Of a DNA stretch of 64,000 bases, positions 16,682 through 26,603 are shown piece by piece (within the stretch, counting starts at the first letter, position 1; each line of letters begins with the position of its first letter). The stretch is from NCBI GenBank assembly GCA_026002995.1, contig BPGK01000001.1, positions 2,293,988 through 2,357,987 of the forward strand, in the 5' to 3' direction. The notes under the pieces were generated by a model. That model was not told the DNA's origin, did no database searches, and worked only from the letters and a program-made list of their open reading frames with translations. Both the position numbers and the translations under genes were made by a program. The stretch comes from Gaiellaceae bacterium. Lineage in GTDB: Bacteria; Actinomycetota; Thermoleophilia; Gaiellales; Gaiellaceae.

Positions 16682-18051
16682 CGGGCGACCTGCTCGAGGA
16701 GCCGCGCCGACTCGTCGATCACGCGCTCCACCTCGCCCCGGTCGACGTTCGAGTTGGTGATGCCGTACGCCCAGCGGTAGCGGTCCTGGTCGAGGATCTC
16801 GTCGAGCGGCACGCCAGCGACGAGGTCGAGGTCCTCGCTCGCGGGCAGGTAGCCCGCGTAGTCGTTGCAGTAGCCGAGGACGTGGGTGACGGCGAACGGG
16901 CTGCGCGCGCGGATCCGTCGCCCGCACTCGTTGAAGAGCTCGAACGGGTTCGCGGCGATCGCCGTCTCGCCGATCGCGAGCGCCTGCAGCTCGACCTCGA
17001 CGGGCACCTCGGCTCGGCGGCTCATGTCGGCGTAGAAGACGAGCGCGCTGCGCTGGTAGAGGGCAGGAAACTGCTGGGCGGAGGTGGCCGTATGAACTCC
17101 CTCCGGCCAGGCCTCGGGGAACGCGGGCTCGGGCTCAGCGGCGAGCTCGGCCAGCTTCGCCTCCACCTCGGCGAGCGGGTACGGCGCGCGGCGCCGACGG
17201 AGCTCGAGGATCGTAGCCGCCGAGGCGAGGCGGGCGGACGCGCGCGTCTCGATCTCCTCCAGCACGCCGACCGCAGCCTCGCCCAGCGCGCGCCCGAGCT
17301 CGTCCCGCTCCTCGTAGGAGTGCGGCCGCGCCTCCCAGTTGCCGAACCAGAAGTCCCAAGCCGCGACGTCGCCGCCACAGCCCTGGAGGAAGACGCACTC
17401 GACCCCGGGCAGCGCGGCGCGCACCGTGTCCCGGAGAGGCCCGGGGAAGTCCGCGTTCCAGAGCAGCGTCTCGCCGCCGATGGTCGTCGCGTGGCAGGCG
17501 AAGCTGACGACGGCCGCGAGCGGCCGACCGTCCGCCCGGTCGACGCGCAGCACCGGCAGCGCCCGGTCGACCTCGCGCGTCCGGTCGACGCGGTTGACGG
17601 TGATCTCGGGTGCCGTCCCGAGCCCCCATCCCACCCGTGCCGGGACCCGCTGGCGCCAGGCGGCGTAGACGGCGCCTGCGAGCTGGTCGGCGACGAGCTC
17701 CGCGTAGCGGGCGAACTCGGGAGCGTCGCGCAGCCCGGCGACGGTCGAGCCGCGCGAGAGGCTGGGCGCGCTGTGGTTGTGGGACGCGTTCACGAGCACC
17801 GCCTCGGGGGGAATCCCGGTCAGCTCGCCGGCGCGACGCCGGACGGCGAGCGTCAGCTCGCGGCCGGCGAAGACGAGGTCGACGGCGATGATCGCGAGCG
17901 CGGTCTCACCGTCACAGAGGACGAGCGCATGGCCGAGCATCGGATCGTGGATCCCGGTCGCGAGCCCCGAGCGGGCCGACCAGCAGCCGTGCGGGAGCCC
18001 GCAGGGCGGGGTGACGTCGACGCGGGCAATGCCGGCGGTGAGCGTGCTCAT
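16678..18051 (-). CDS. Neutral/alkaline ceramidase-like amidohydrolase family protein
   Basis: 457 aa. The N-terminus [19 protein letters not shown]...[10 protein letters not shown]...ASHNHSAP is typical of the neutral ceramidase N-terminal domain family. ATGA overlap with the downstream dehydratase gene. Confidence 0.7.
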   Translation of the reverse strand: MSTLTAGIARVDVTPPCGLPHGCWSARSGLATGIHDPMLGHALVLCDGETALAIIAVDLVFAGRELTLAVRRRAGELTGIPPEAVLVNASHNHSAPSLSRGSTVAGLRDAPEFARYAELVADQLAGAVYAAWRQRVPARVGWGLGTAPEITVNRVDRTREVDRALPVLRVDRADGRPLAAVVSFACHATTIGGETLLWNADFPGPLRDTVRAALPGVECVFLQGCGGDVAAWDFWFGNWEARPHSYEERDELGRALGEAAVGVLEEIETRASARLASAATILELRRRRAPYPLAEVEAKLAELAAEPEPAFPEAWPEGVHTATSAQQFPALYQRSALVFYADMSRRAEVPVEVELQALAIGETAIAANPFELFNECGRRIRARSPFAVTHVLGYCNDYAGYLPASEDLDLVAGVPLDEILDQDRYRWAYGITNSNVDRGEVERVIDESARLLEQVAR

Positions 18052-18118
18052 GGCTCCTCCTTCACAGTCTGCGGATCGGCTCCTCGCACGTCTGCGGTCT
18101 CCTCGTGGATGCGGCCCG

Positions 18119-19141
18119 TCAGTCGAGCTCGGAGCGGTCGGCCTCGCGCGCGACGACGGCGACGCAGTCGCCCTGCGTCGTCGGCGCGATGGCGCGGATG
18201 GTGCAGACGATGCCCGCCGTCGAGGCCCGGACGAGCTCGGGCTCCCGATCGGGGCGCTCCAGGAAGAGCAGACGCCCGACCGGGTCGCCCACTTCGACCC
18301 GATCGCCGAGATCGACGAGCGCTTCCCATATGCCGGACTCGGGGGCGAGCAGGTAGTTCTCGAGCTCCGTCGCCATCAGCAGGCGCTGCTCCGGAAGCCC
18401 GAGGGACGCGCGCGTGGCGACCTCGCCGGCGAGCACGCCTTCGTGGCGCAGGACGTTGCGGAGCCCGCTCGCAGCGAGGCGGTGCAACGCAGCGGTCACG
18501 TGCCCGCCGCCACCGAGCTCGGCCGAGGCGACCACCTTGCCCTGCCGCTCCGCCTCGCCGACGAGGAGCCCCGTTCCGGCGATGTCGATGTAGACGGCGC
18601 ACCAGTCCGTGTTCCACGCATACATCGCGGCGACCATGCGTCGGCGCTGACCGGGATCCTCGACCCAGTGCATCTCGGCCCAGGGGAGGTGCATCCCCGA
18701 GCGCCCGCCCGAGTGGATGTCGACGACGACGTCAGCGAGCGGAAAGAGGACGGTGGAGAAGAAGTGCGCGAGCTGCTCGTCCGGGCTTCCATCGGGCGAC
18801 CCGGGGAAGGAGCGGTTCAGGTTCGCGCCCGACGGCCACAGTCGCGTGAACGCACGAGCGGCGTCCATCGACGCGCACGGAACGATGATGAGCCTCCCCG
18901 GGACCTCCTCGGGCGTCACCTCCCGAGCGAGCCCGAGCGCGGCGACCTGCCCCTCGGGCTCGTCGCCGTGGACGCCCCCGACGACGAGCGCCGTCGGCCC
19001 GTCGCCGCCGCGAACCGTCACAATCGGAACGACGGTGCTCGCCCACCCCGCCGTGTTCGAGGAGCGCGGGACGTGCAAGGCGCCGACCTGCTTCCCCGGA
19101 GCGTCGAGGTCGATGGTGCAGCGAACCGGCGACTCGGCCAT
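18119..19141 (-). CDS. Succinylglutamate desuccinylase/aspartoacylase (AstE/AspA, M14-like) family deacylase
   Basis: 340 aa. The zinc-site pattern [10 protein letters not shown]...NLNRSFPG...DIHSGG is present. Paralog of 21670..22695. Confidence 0.85.
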   Translation of the reverse strand: MAESPVRCTIDLDAPGKQVGALHVPRSSNTAGWASTVVPIVTVRGGDGPTALVVGGVHGDEPEGQVAALGLAREVTPEEVPGRLIIVPCASMDAARAFTRLWPSGANLNRSFPGSPDGSPDEQLAHFFSTVLFPLADVVVDIHSGGRSGMHLPWAEMHWVEDPGQRRRMVAAMYAWNTDWCAVYIDIAGTGLLVGEAERQGKVVASAELGGGGHVTAALHRLAASGLRNVLRHEGVLAGEVATRASLGLPEQRLLMATELENYLLAPESGIWEALVDLGDRVEVGDPVGRLLFLERPDREPELVRASTAGIVCTIRAIAPTTQGDCVAVVAREADRSELD

Positions 19142-19158
19142 CTGCGGCGATCGTAGAA

Positions 19159-19191
19159 GATTGTTGACAATCTCGCTATAGTCAACAATCG
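19159..19191. promoter_or_regulatory. Two 12-bp boxes (ATTGTTGACAAT, ATAGTCAACAAT) 18 bp apart; candidate GntR operator
   Basis: The boxes are at 19160-19171 and 19178-19189 in the 88-bp divergent intergenic region. The same boxes with the same 18-bp spacing recur at 31407-31436, in front of the GntR gene. Each is a GT-N2-AC core palindrome typical of GntR/FadR sites. Confidence 0.5.
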
Positions 19192-19229
19192 TTCATGCGC
19201 CTCCCGCGCCGCGCCCTCCCGTCCATCTC

Positions 19230-20363
19230 GTGAAGATCACCGACGTCGAAGCGATCGTCCTCCGCCAGCCGGCCGTGGACGAGGGGATCGCGGACGGTAG
19301 TCAGGACGACCTGATCGTCCTCGTGCACACGGACGAGGGTCTGACCGGCATCGGTGAGGTCGACTCGGCGCCCGAGGTCGCGGCCGCGCTCATCCGCGGG
19401 AACGGCTCACACGCCGTCGCGATCGGCCTGCGCGAGCTGCTCGTCGGCGAGGACCCGCTCGACATCGAGCGGCTGTGGCAGAAGATGTACCGCGGGACGA
19501 TCTACGTCGGCCGTCGCGGGATCACCGTCCACGCCATCAGCGGGATCGACATCGCGCTCTGGGACCTCAAGGGCAAGGCGCTCGGTCGCCCCGTGTGCGA
19601 GCTCATCGGGGAGCCGAAGCGCGATCGCGTGCGCGCGTACGCCTCGCGGCTCATGCCCGAGACTCCCGAGGAGACCCGAGAGGCCGTCGCAGAGCTTCGC
19701 GCGCAGGGGTTCACGGCCGTGAAGCTCGGCTGGGGTCCGCTCGGAAAGGACCTCGGCCACGACCTCGCGCTCGCCGCGGCAGCGCGCGAGGCGGGAGGTG
19801 ACGGCGTCGACATCCTCATCGACGCCGGGCTCGGCTACGGAGACGACGTCGAGCGGGCGACCTACGTGGCTCGTGGGCTCGAAGAGCTCGGGGTCCGCTG
19901 GCTCGAAGAGCCATTCGAGCCCGACGAGTACGAGGCATACGCCGCGCTCGCGGACAGCGTCGAGATCCCAGTCGCGGCGGGTGAGCAAGACGCAACCAGG
20001 TGGGGCTTCCGCGAGCTCCTCGAGCGCGGGCACGTGGACATCGTCCAGCCGGATGTCACCCGCTGCGGTGGGATCAGCGAGCTCCTACGCATCGCCGACC
20101 TCGCGGCCGCACACGGCGTCCCGACCGTCCCGCACGCCTGGAAGAGCGGCATCATCAAGGCGGCGTCACTGCATGTCAACGCCGTCCTGCCGGAGGCGCT
20201 CTACCAGGAGTACTGCGTGGCCGAGACCCCGATCAACACCGAGCTCACGGTCGAGCGGCTGCCGATCGAGGCCGACGGCACCGTGGCCGTCCCCACCGGG
20301 CCTGGACTCGGAGTCGAGCTCGACTTCGACGTCGTCGAGCGGTTGCGGGTGGACGGGAGATGA
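19230..20363 (+). CDS. Enolase-superfamily enzyme (mandelate racemase/muconate lactonizing family, MR-like subgroup)
   Basis: 377 aa. MKITDVEAIVLRQP...VLVHTDEGLTGIGE. Ligands IDAGLGY / LEEPF / AAGEQD, then QPDVTRCGGISE and PHAWKSG. Confidence 0.9.
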   Translation: MKITDVEAIVLRQPAVDEGIADGSQDDLIVLVHTDEGLTGIGEVDSAPEVAAALIRGNGSHAVAIGLRELLVGEDPLDIERLWQKMYRGTIYVGRRGITVHAISGIDIALWDLKGKALGRPVCELIGEPKRDRVRAYASRLMPETPEETREAVAELRAQGFTAVKLGWGPLGKDLGHDLALAAAAREAGGDGVDILIDAGLGYGDDVERATYVARGLEELGVRWLEEPFEPDEYEAYAALADSVEIPVAAGEQDATRWGFRELLERGHVDIVQPDVTRCGGISELLRIADLAAAHGVPTVPHAWKSGIIKAASLHVNAVLPEALYQEYCVAETPINTELTVERLPIEADGTVAVPTGPGLGVELDFDVVERLRVDGR

Positions 20364-21673
20364 GCCAGGCGCCCCCCGAGAGCTCGGCGCACGCGCTGGC
20401 TCTGCGAGCGGCGGCCGCGATCCCCGGCGGCGTGAACAGCGGCCAGCGGCGCGTCCCGGGGCTCGAGGAGCTCGTCGTTGTCGCGACGAGCGGCGCGACG
20501 TTCACCGACGCCGACGGTCGGACGTACACCGACTACCACGCGGCCTTTGGGCCTCCGCTCCTCGGCCACAACGACCCGGACGTCGACGCCGCCGTCGCGG
20601 CGACGGCCGCGGAGCTCGGGAATATGGGCGTCGGCGTCACGCCGATCGAGATCGAGCTCGCCGAGCGGCTCGTCGCCTGCGTGCCCTCGCTCGAGAAGGT
20701 CCTGCTGACGGCGACTGGGAGCGAGGCGACCTTTCACGCGCTACGGCTTGCGCGCGTCGCCACGGGGCGTCGGCACGTGGTCAAGTTCCAGGGCTGCTAC
20801 CACGGCTGGCACGACTCGGTGGCGATGAACGTGATCTCGCCGCCCGAGCGTGTCGGCACGAAGGACCCTCTCTCCCAGGGGATCCTCCCGGAAGTGCTCG
20901 ACGCCACGATCGTCCTCCCGTTCAATGACGCGGACGCCGTCGAGCGCGCCCTTGCAGAGCACGACGTCGCGGCGGTCATCCTCGAGCCCATCCCGCACAA
21001 CATCGGTGCCGTGCTCCCGAAGCCGGGTTTCCTCGAGCGCCTCCGTGAGCTCACCGCGAGAAGCGGCACGGTGCTCGTCTTCGACGAGGTGATCACCGGC
21101 TTCCGCCACGGGCTCGGCGGCTACCAGGAGGTCGCGGGCGTGACTCCCGATCTGACGACTCTCGGCAAGGCGATGGCGAACGGGTGGCCCATCTCGGCGC
21201 TCGGCGGCCGTGCGGAGCTCATGGAGCTCTTCTCGACGACGCCGGGGCGGCCCGCCTTCTTCGCCGGCACCTTCAACGGCCACCCTGCCACCGCAGCCGC
21301 CGCGCTCGCGACGATCGAGAAGCTCGAGCGGGAGCCCGTGCATGAGCACGTCTTCCGGCTCGGCGAGCGGGCGCGCACGGAGCTGCAGGCCCTCTACGAC
21401 CGCCTCGGCGTTCCCGCCGTCGTCAGCGGCTTCGGGTCGGTCTTCGTCTCGTACTTCCTCGCCGGCCCCGTCGAGCGCTACGAGGACCTGCTCGCGAACG
21501 ACACCGAGCTCTTCACGGGGTACCGGCGCGAGCTCATGCGCCACGGAGTCTTCGAACTTCCGCTCAACCTCAAGCGCAGCCACGTCTCCTACGCCCATAC
21601 GGATGCGGACATCGACCGCCTGCTCGAGGCGACCGAGGCCGCTGTCACGTACGTGCTCGAGGCCCGCTCGTGA
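20360..21673 (+). CDS. Class-III (GSA-aminomutase-like) PLP aminotransferase
   Basis: The ATG at 20360 gives an ATGA overlap. 437 aa with TGSEATFHALRLAR, VFDEVITGFR and TLGKAMANG (PLP lysine). Confidence 0.9.
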   Translation: MSQAPPESSAHALALRAAAAIPGGVNSGQRRVPGLEELVVVATSGATFTDADGRTYTDYHAAFGPPLLGHNDPDVDAAVAATAAELGNMGVGVTPIEIELAERLVACVPSLEKVLLTATGSEATFHALRLARVATGRRHVVKFQGCYHGWHDSVAMNVISPPERVGTKDPLSQGILPEVLDATIVLPFNDADAVERALAEHDVAAVILEPIPHNIGAVLPKPGFLERLRELTARSGTVLVFDEVITGFRHGLGGYQEVAGVTPDLTTLGKAMANGWPISALGGRAELMELFSTTPGRPAFFAGTFNGHPATAAAALATIEKLEREPVHEHVFRLGERARTELQALYDRLGVPAVVSGFGSVFVSYFLAGPVERYEDLLANDTELFTGYRRELMRHGVFELPLNLKRSHVSYAHTDADIDRLLEATEAAVTYVLEARS

Positions 21674-22695
21674 CGGCGCTCTCGCCGGTCTCCTGCTCGA
21701 TCGACCTCGAGGCGCCCGGGAAGCGCATCGGCCACCTCGCGCTCCCGAAGATCACGAACACGGCCGGCTGGGCGAGCACGTTCATCCACCTCGGATGCGT
21801 CGTGAACGGTGACGGCCCGACTGTGCTCGTGCTCGCCGGAAACCACGGCGACGAGTACGAGGGACAGGTCGCGGCGCTGCGCCTGCTCCAGGAGCTCCGG
21901 CCCGAGCAGGTCTCCGGTCGTGTGATCGTGATCCCGGTGCTCTCCCCCGCCGCCTCGAAGGCGAACACGCGCAACTGGCCGTCCGGCGCGAACTTCAACC
22001 GCTCGTTCCCCGGCCGCCCCGACGGACCGCCGAACGAGCAGCTCGCCCACTACCTCTCGACTGTCCTCTTTCCCGAAGCCGACGTCGTCATCGACATGCA
22101 CTCCGGAGGCCGCAGTGCCTGGTTCGTTCCGTGCTCGCACATGCACGTCGTCGAGGATCCCGTGCAGCGTCGGGCCATGCTCGAGGGCATGGAGGCGTGG
22201 CTCAGCGACTTCCACTACCTGTACATCGACGTCAACGGCTCCGGGCTCCTGCCGGTCGAAGCCGAGCGCCAGGGGAAGCTCGTCATCACGACCGAGCTCG
22301 GTGGGGGCGGTCGCGTGCCTGCGCCGATCCACCGCCTCGCCTGGAACGGGCTGCTGAACGTCCTCCGCCACGTCGGCGTCCTCGATGGCGAGGCGCAGAC
22401 GCGCGAGTCGCTCGGACTGCCGCCCGCAATCATCCTCGACGGGCGCGACCCGGCAAACATCGTGCTGGCGCCCGAAGACGGCCTCTTCGAAGCGCTCCTC
22501 GAGCCGGGCGACCCGGTGGAGGAAGGGCAGATCGTCGGGCGCCTGTGGTTCATCGATCGCCCCGACCGCCCGCCACTCGAGATTCCCGCCCCGCTCGGCG
22601 GATACGTCGCCGCGACGAAGGCGATCCCCGTCACCGAGCAGGGCGACTGCGTGTTCTGCCTCGGGCAGCCGATCGAGCGAGCGGCGCTCCTCTGA
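21670..22695 (+). CDS. AstE/AspA-family deacylase, second paralog
   Basis: 341 aa with AGNHGDEYEG...NFNRSFPG...DMHSGG. Colinear similarity to 18119..19141 runs along the whole length. GTGA overlap with the aminotransferase gene. Confidence 0.85.
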   Translation: MTALSPVSCSIDLEAPGKRIGHLALPKITNTAGWASTFIHLGCVVNGDGPTVLVLAGNHGDEYEGQVAALRLLQELRPEQVSGRVIVIPVLSPAASKANTRNWPSGANFNRSFPGRPDGPPNEQLAHYLSTVLFPEADVVIDMHSGGRSAWFVPCSHMHVVEDPVQRRAMLEGMEAWLSDFHYLYIDVNGSGLLPVEAERQGKLVITTELGGGGRVPAPIHRLAWNGLLNVLRHVGVLDGEAQTRESLGLPPAIILDGRDPANIVLAPEDGLFEALLEPGDPVEEGQIVGRLWFIDRPDRPPLEIPAPLGGYVAATKAIPVTEQGDCVFCLGQPIERAALL

Positions 22696-22705
22696 GGTGA
22701 GGATC

Positions 22706-23956
22706 GTGCGCTGGCTCCGCGGACGGACGTTCGCGAGCCTGCGGCACCGCAACTTCCGGCTCTACTACGCGAGCCACGCGGTCGCCTTTGCCGGCCGCTG
22801 GATGCAGCAGATCGCGGCCTACTGGCTCGTGCTCGAGCTCACCCGCGATCCGGTCGCAGTCGGAGCGCTCGCGGTGTTCCAGCTCCTCCCCGTCACCGTC
22901 TTCGGGCTCGCAGCGGGGTCAGCCATCGATCGCTTCGACGTCCGCCGGCTCATCGTCTCGTGCGAGGCGGTCATGGCAGCGCTCTCGGCGATCCTCGCCG
23001 CCCTCACCCTCACCGGTGCGATCAACGTGTGGGGCGTCTACGCCGTCGTCGGCATCCAGGGGCTCCTCCTCGTCGTCGACAACCCGGCGCGACACGCGCT
23101 CGTATTCCGGATCGTCGGCCCCGCCGACCTCCCGAACGCCGTCGCGCTCAGCTCCGCGCTCGGAACGACGGCCCGCGTCGTCGGTCCGGCGCTCGGCGGT
23201 CTCGTCGTCGCGCTCGCCGGCGCTGGGGTCGCTTTTGCTCTGAACGCAGCGACCTACCTCGCAGTGGTCGCCGCCGTGCTCGCCATGCGCGAGAGCGACC
23301 TGCTCCCCGAGTCTCGTCACGACGCTCGAGTGGGGCTCCTCTCGGGGACGTGGGAGGCGCTTCGGTTCGCCTTCAGCTCCCGGCGAGTAGCCGTCGCCTT
23401 CCTCGCGGTGTTGATCGTGAGCACCGTCTCGTTCAACTTCGACGTGCTCTTCCCGCTCCTCGCTGCGGAGACACTCGCTGCCGGAGCGGCGACGTTCGGT
23501 CTCGTCGCGGCGGTCTTCGGGTTTGGCGCGCTCGTCGGCGCTCTCGGGCTCGCGACGATAGGGAGGGCCCGGATGCGGCTCCTCTTGCTCGGGGCAGGCG
23601 GGTTCGGCGTCGTGGAGCTCCTACTCGCGCCGCAGTCGACGCTCGTGGCCGTGCTCGCGCTTCTCGTTCCACTCGGCGTCTTCTACGTGTTCTGGGGGAC
23701 GAGCGCCCTTGCGACGCTCCAGCTCTCCGCGCCTCCAGCGCTGCGTGGGCGCGCTGTGAGCCTCTACTTCTTCGCCTTCCAGGGTGGAGCCCCGCTCGGC
23801 GGGCTGCTCGCCGGGTGGCTGACGAAGGTCGGCGGCACCGAGCTCGCCTTCGCCGTCGCCGGCGCGACCGCGATCCTCGTCTCGCTCGCTGGAGCGGCCG
23901 CGCTCAGGAACGCGCGGCAGAGGCGACATCAGCCGGCTGCGGCCGTGGTCTCTTGA
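22706..23956 (+). CDS. MFS transporter (EntS/MFS_3-like)
   Basis: About 12 hydrophobic segments. The start is ambiguous (GTG at 22697 or 22706). The N-terminus RWLRGRTFASLRHRNFRLYYASHAVAFAGRWMQ is typical of this MFS clade. Confidence 0.85.
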   Translation: MRWLRGRTFASLRHRNFRLYYASHAVAFAGRWMQQIAAYWLVLELTRDPVAVGALAVFQLLPVTVFGLAAGSAIDRFDVRRLIVSCEAVMAALSAILAALTLTGAINVWGVYAVVGIQGLLLVVDNPARHALVFRIVGPADLPNAVALSSALGTTARVVGPALGGLVVALAGAGVAFALNAATYLAVVAAVLAMRESDLLPESRHDARVGLLSGTWEALRFAFSSRRVAVAFLAVLIVSTVSFNFDVLFPLLAAETLAAGAATFGLVAAVFGFGALVGALGLATIGRARMRLLLLGAGGFGVVELLLAPQSTLVAVLALLVPLGVFYVFWGTSALATLQLSAPPALRGRAVSLYFFAFQGGAPLGGLLAGWLTKVGGTELAFAVAGATAILVSLAGAAALRNARQRRHQPAAAVVS

Positions 23957-24975
23957 GCAACCGCCGCGGCGGCGGCGATCGCCCGCTCGATCGCCTCGTC
24001 GTCGATCAGTCGGTGGGTGACGAGCCGGATGCGAGACCCGTCGCGCTCGAGCGCTCGAACCCCGTGCCGCGCGAGAGCTTCGACGAAGCCCGGTGGCTCC
24101 CAGCCGCTCGGGGTCACGTCGACGAGGACGATGTTCGTCTCCACCCGCTCGGGGTCGAGACGGAGGCCGTCGATCGCGGACAGCCCCTCGCCGAGCTCCC
24201 GCGCGCGACGGTGATCCTCGGCGAGCCGATCCCACATCGTCTCGAGCGCGACGAGCCCGGCTGCCGCCGCGATGCCCGCTCGGTGCATCGTCGCACCCCC
24301 GAGCTGGAGCAGGCGACGGCGGGCACTGTCGATGAACGCCTGCGAGCCGGCGAGGATCGTCCCGAACGGAGCGCTCAGCCCTTTGTTGAGGCTCAGCGCG
24401 ACCGAGTCCACCTCGGAGGCGAGCGCCCGCGGCTCGACACCGAGCGCGACCGCGGCATTCGCGAGACGGGCTCCATCGAGATGCACGCGGGCCCCGTGGC
24501 GACGTGCGACCGCAACGAGGGCAGAAGTCTCCTCGACTCCGAGCACGGTCCCGCCCGCCCTCGTGTGCGTGTTCTCGAGCGCAAGGACGGCCGCGCGTTG
24601 CTGGACGAGCTCCTCCTCGACGCGAGCGGGATCCAGCCTGCCGTCCGCGGCCCAGACGGCGAACGGCTCGAGCCCGGCCAGCTCCGAGATCGCCATTCCC
24701 TCTGAGGTGAGGATGTGCGCCGCGGCCTCGAGCACGACGCCCTGGCCCGGCTCCGCATGCACCGAGAGCGCCGCGAGGTTCGCCATGCCGCAGGTGGGCA
24801 CCCAGACCGCGGCCTCGTGGCCGAGGAGCGCCGCCCCCGCGGCCTCGAGCCGGTTGACCGAGTCGTCCTCCCCGTACGTCGCCCAGCCGAGCTCAGCCGC
24901 CCGCATCGCCTCCCACATCTCGTCCGTGGGGACGGTCATGAGATCCGACCGCAGGTCGATGGCCACGTCAGCCAC
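23929..24975 (-). CDS. Threonine aldolase-like PLP lyase (Beta_elim_lyase family)
   Basis: GTG at 24975 (or 24966). IDLRSDLMTVPTDEMWEAM, ENTHTRAGG, DGARLANA and SLNKGLSAPFG (PLP Lys). The 3' end overlaps the convergent MFS gene by 28 nt. Confidence 0.85.
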   Translation of the reverse strand: MADVAIDLRSDLMTVPTDEMWEAMRAAELGWATYGEDDSVNRLEAAGAALLGHEAAVWVPTCGMANLAALSVHAEPGQGVVLEAAAHILTSEGMAISELAGLEPFAVWAADGRLDPARVEEELVQQRAAVLALENTHTRAGGTVLGVEETSALVAVARRHGARVHLDGARLANAAVALGVEPRALASEVDSVALSLNKGLSAPFGTILAGSQAFIDSARRRLLQLGGATMHRAGIAAAAGLVALETMWDRLAEDHRRARELGEGLSAIDGLRLDPERVETNIVLVDVTPSGWEPPGFVEALARHGVRALERDGSRIRLVTHRLIDDEAIERAIAAAAAVAQETTAAAG

Positions 24976-26572
24976 GCAGCAGCTGCCGACCGGGCCGAGC
25001 GCCCGTGTGCTCCCCGCCGTCCACGACGAGGACGCCATTGACGAGGACGTACTCCACGCCGCGGGCGTAGGCGAGCGGGTTTTCGTCCGTCGAGACGTCG
25101 TCGAGCTCCTCGTAGTCGAAGACGACGACGTCCGCTGCATACCCGGGCAGCAGGAGGCCGCGGTCGCGGAGCCCGAAGTGGGCCGCGGGCATGCTCGTCA
25201 TCTTCCGGATCGCCTCCTCGAGGCGCAGCGTCCCGAGCCCGCGGACGTGGTGGGTGAGGTAGTGCACGTGCCCGGCGAAGGCGAGCGGGTGCTTCGCCAC
25301 CTGGCTCAAGGCGCCGTCGACGGTGCTCGTGAAGCTGTCGACGCCGAGCGAAAAGAGCGGGTGCGAGATCATCTCCGCCAGGTGCTCGTCGGTGAAGAGC
25401 CTGCCTACCATGAGCGCGCTCTCCATCGCCTCCCCCTCCGCGGCGAGGATGTCGAAGAAGCACTCCCACTCGTCCTTGCCGAGGATGGCAGCGATCTCCG
25501 GGAACGACTTCCCCTCGAGGCCCGCGTACTCGCGGCTCGACTGCAGGCGCACGCGATCCCACTCCCCGCGATGGATGAACCGCCAGTAGCGGTCGCACTC
25601 GCCACGGAGTCGGCGTCGCACCGAGGGCTGCCGCAGACGCTGCGCGGCCTGCGCCGCTCCGCCTTCCATCACCCACGGCGGGAGGATGGCGGCCATTTGC
25701 CCGAGACCGTCGCGGAGCGGTGTCGTGTCCGCGAGCACGTCGAGGCCCTGCTCACGGCTCTCGGCCATCATCTCGACCGCCCGCTCCCAGCCGCCGTCGG
25801 GCGCGCCCGTGTTGTGGCGCACGTTCAGGTGCGAGATCTCGGCCTTCGTGCCACCCGCGCGGGCGATCTCGAGGAACTCCGCGATCGAGGGCAGGAGCGC
25901 GGCGTCCCGGTTGCGGACGTGGCTCGTGTAGATCGCCCCCTCGTACTCGCCCGCGACTGCGTTCAGCCGCACGAGCTCCTCGGTCGGAGCCGCGCGGCCC
26001 GGCTCGAACTCGAGGCCGGTCGACATCCCGAGCACGCCGGCGTCCATCGCCTCGCGGAGCATGCGCTCCATCGCGCGCAGGTCCTCCTCGGTGGGCTCGG
26101 AGCCGGCGACACCGGCGGCCAGCCTGATCGCGTTGTGGCCGACGAACCAGGCGACGTTCTGCGAGTGGCCGAGCCGCTCGACGAACTCGAGCAGCTCGCC
26201 GGTGGTCGACCATTCGATCGGCCCCTCGTAGGCGAAGGTGCGCAGCCGGCCGAGCATCATCGCGTGCGAGTGCTCGCTGACCGGCGCGTAGCTCCAGCCG
26301 CAGTTGCCGACGATCTCCGTCGTCACACCCTGGCGGATGGTGCTCTCGGCGGTCGGGTTGGTGAGGATGGTGAAGTCGCTGTGGCTGTGCGGGTCGACGA
26401 AGCCCGGGCAGACCGTCTTCCCGGTCGCGTCGATCACGCGCTCGGCGGTGGCGCCCTCGTCGAGCCGCCCGACCTCCTTGATGCGACCGTCCTCAATCGC
26501 GACGTCGGCCAGGCGGGCCGGGTTGCCGGTGCCGTCGACGACCCAGCCGCCGCGGATCAGGACGTCGAGCAC
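24968..26572 (-). CDS. D-aminoacylase (N-acyl-D-amino-acid deacylase), amidohydrolase superfamily
   Basis: 534 aa. DVLIRGGWVVDGTGNP...GFVDPHSHSD...TSHVRN...ISHLNV and the C-terminal ADVVVFD are characteristic of D-aminoacylases. Confidence 0.9.
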   Translation of the reverse strand: MLDVLIRGGWVVDGTGNPARLADVAIEDGRIKEVGRLDEGATAERVIDATGKTVCPGFVDPHSHSDFTILTNPTAESTIRQGVTTEIVGNCGWSYAPVSEHSHAMMLGRLRTFAYEGPIEWSTTGELLEFVERLGHSQNVAWFVGHNAIRLAAGVAGSEPTEEDLRAMERMLREAMDAGVLGMSTGLEFEPGRAAPTEELVRLNAVAGEYEGAIYTSHVRNRDAALLPSIAEFLEIARAGGTKAEISHLNVRHNTGAPDGGWERAVEMMAESREQGLDVLADTTPLRDGLGQMAAILPPWVMEGGAAQAAQRLRQPSVRRRLRGECDRYWRFIHRGEWDRVRLQSSREYAGLEGKSFPEIAAILGKDEWECFFDILAAEGEAMESALMVGRLFTDEHLAEMISHPLFSLGVDSFTSTVDGALSQVAKHPLAFAGHVHYLTHHVRGLGTLRLEEAIRKMTSMPAAHFGLRDRGLLLPGYAADVVVFDYEELDDVSTDENPLAYARGVEYVLVNGVLVVDGGEHTGARPGRQLLRG

Positions 26573-26603
26573 GCGCTCCTTCCGCGCGGAGGCCGCACGC
26601 GTC

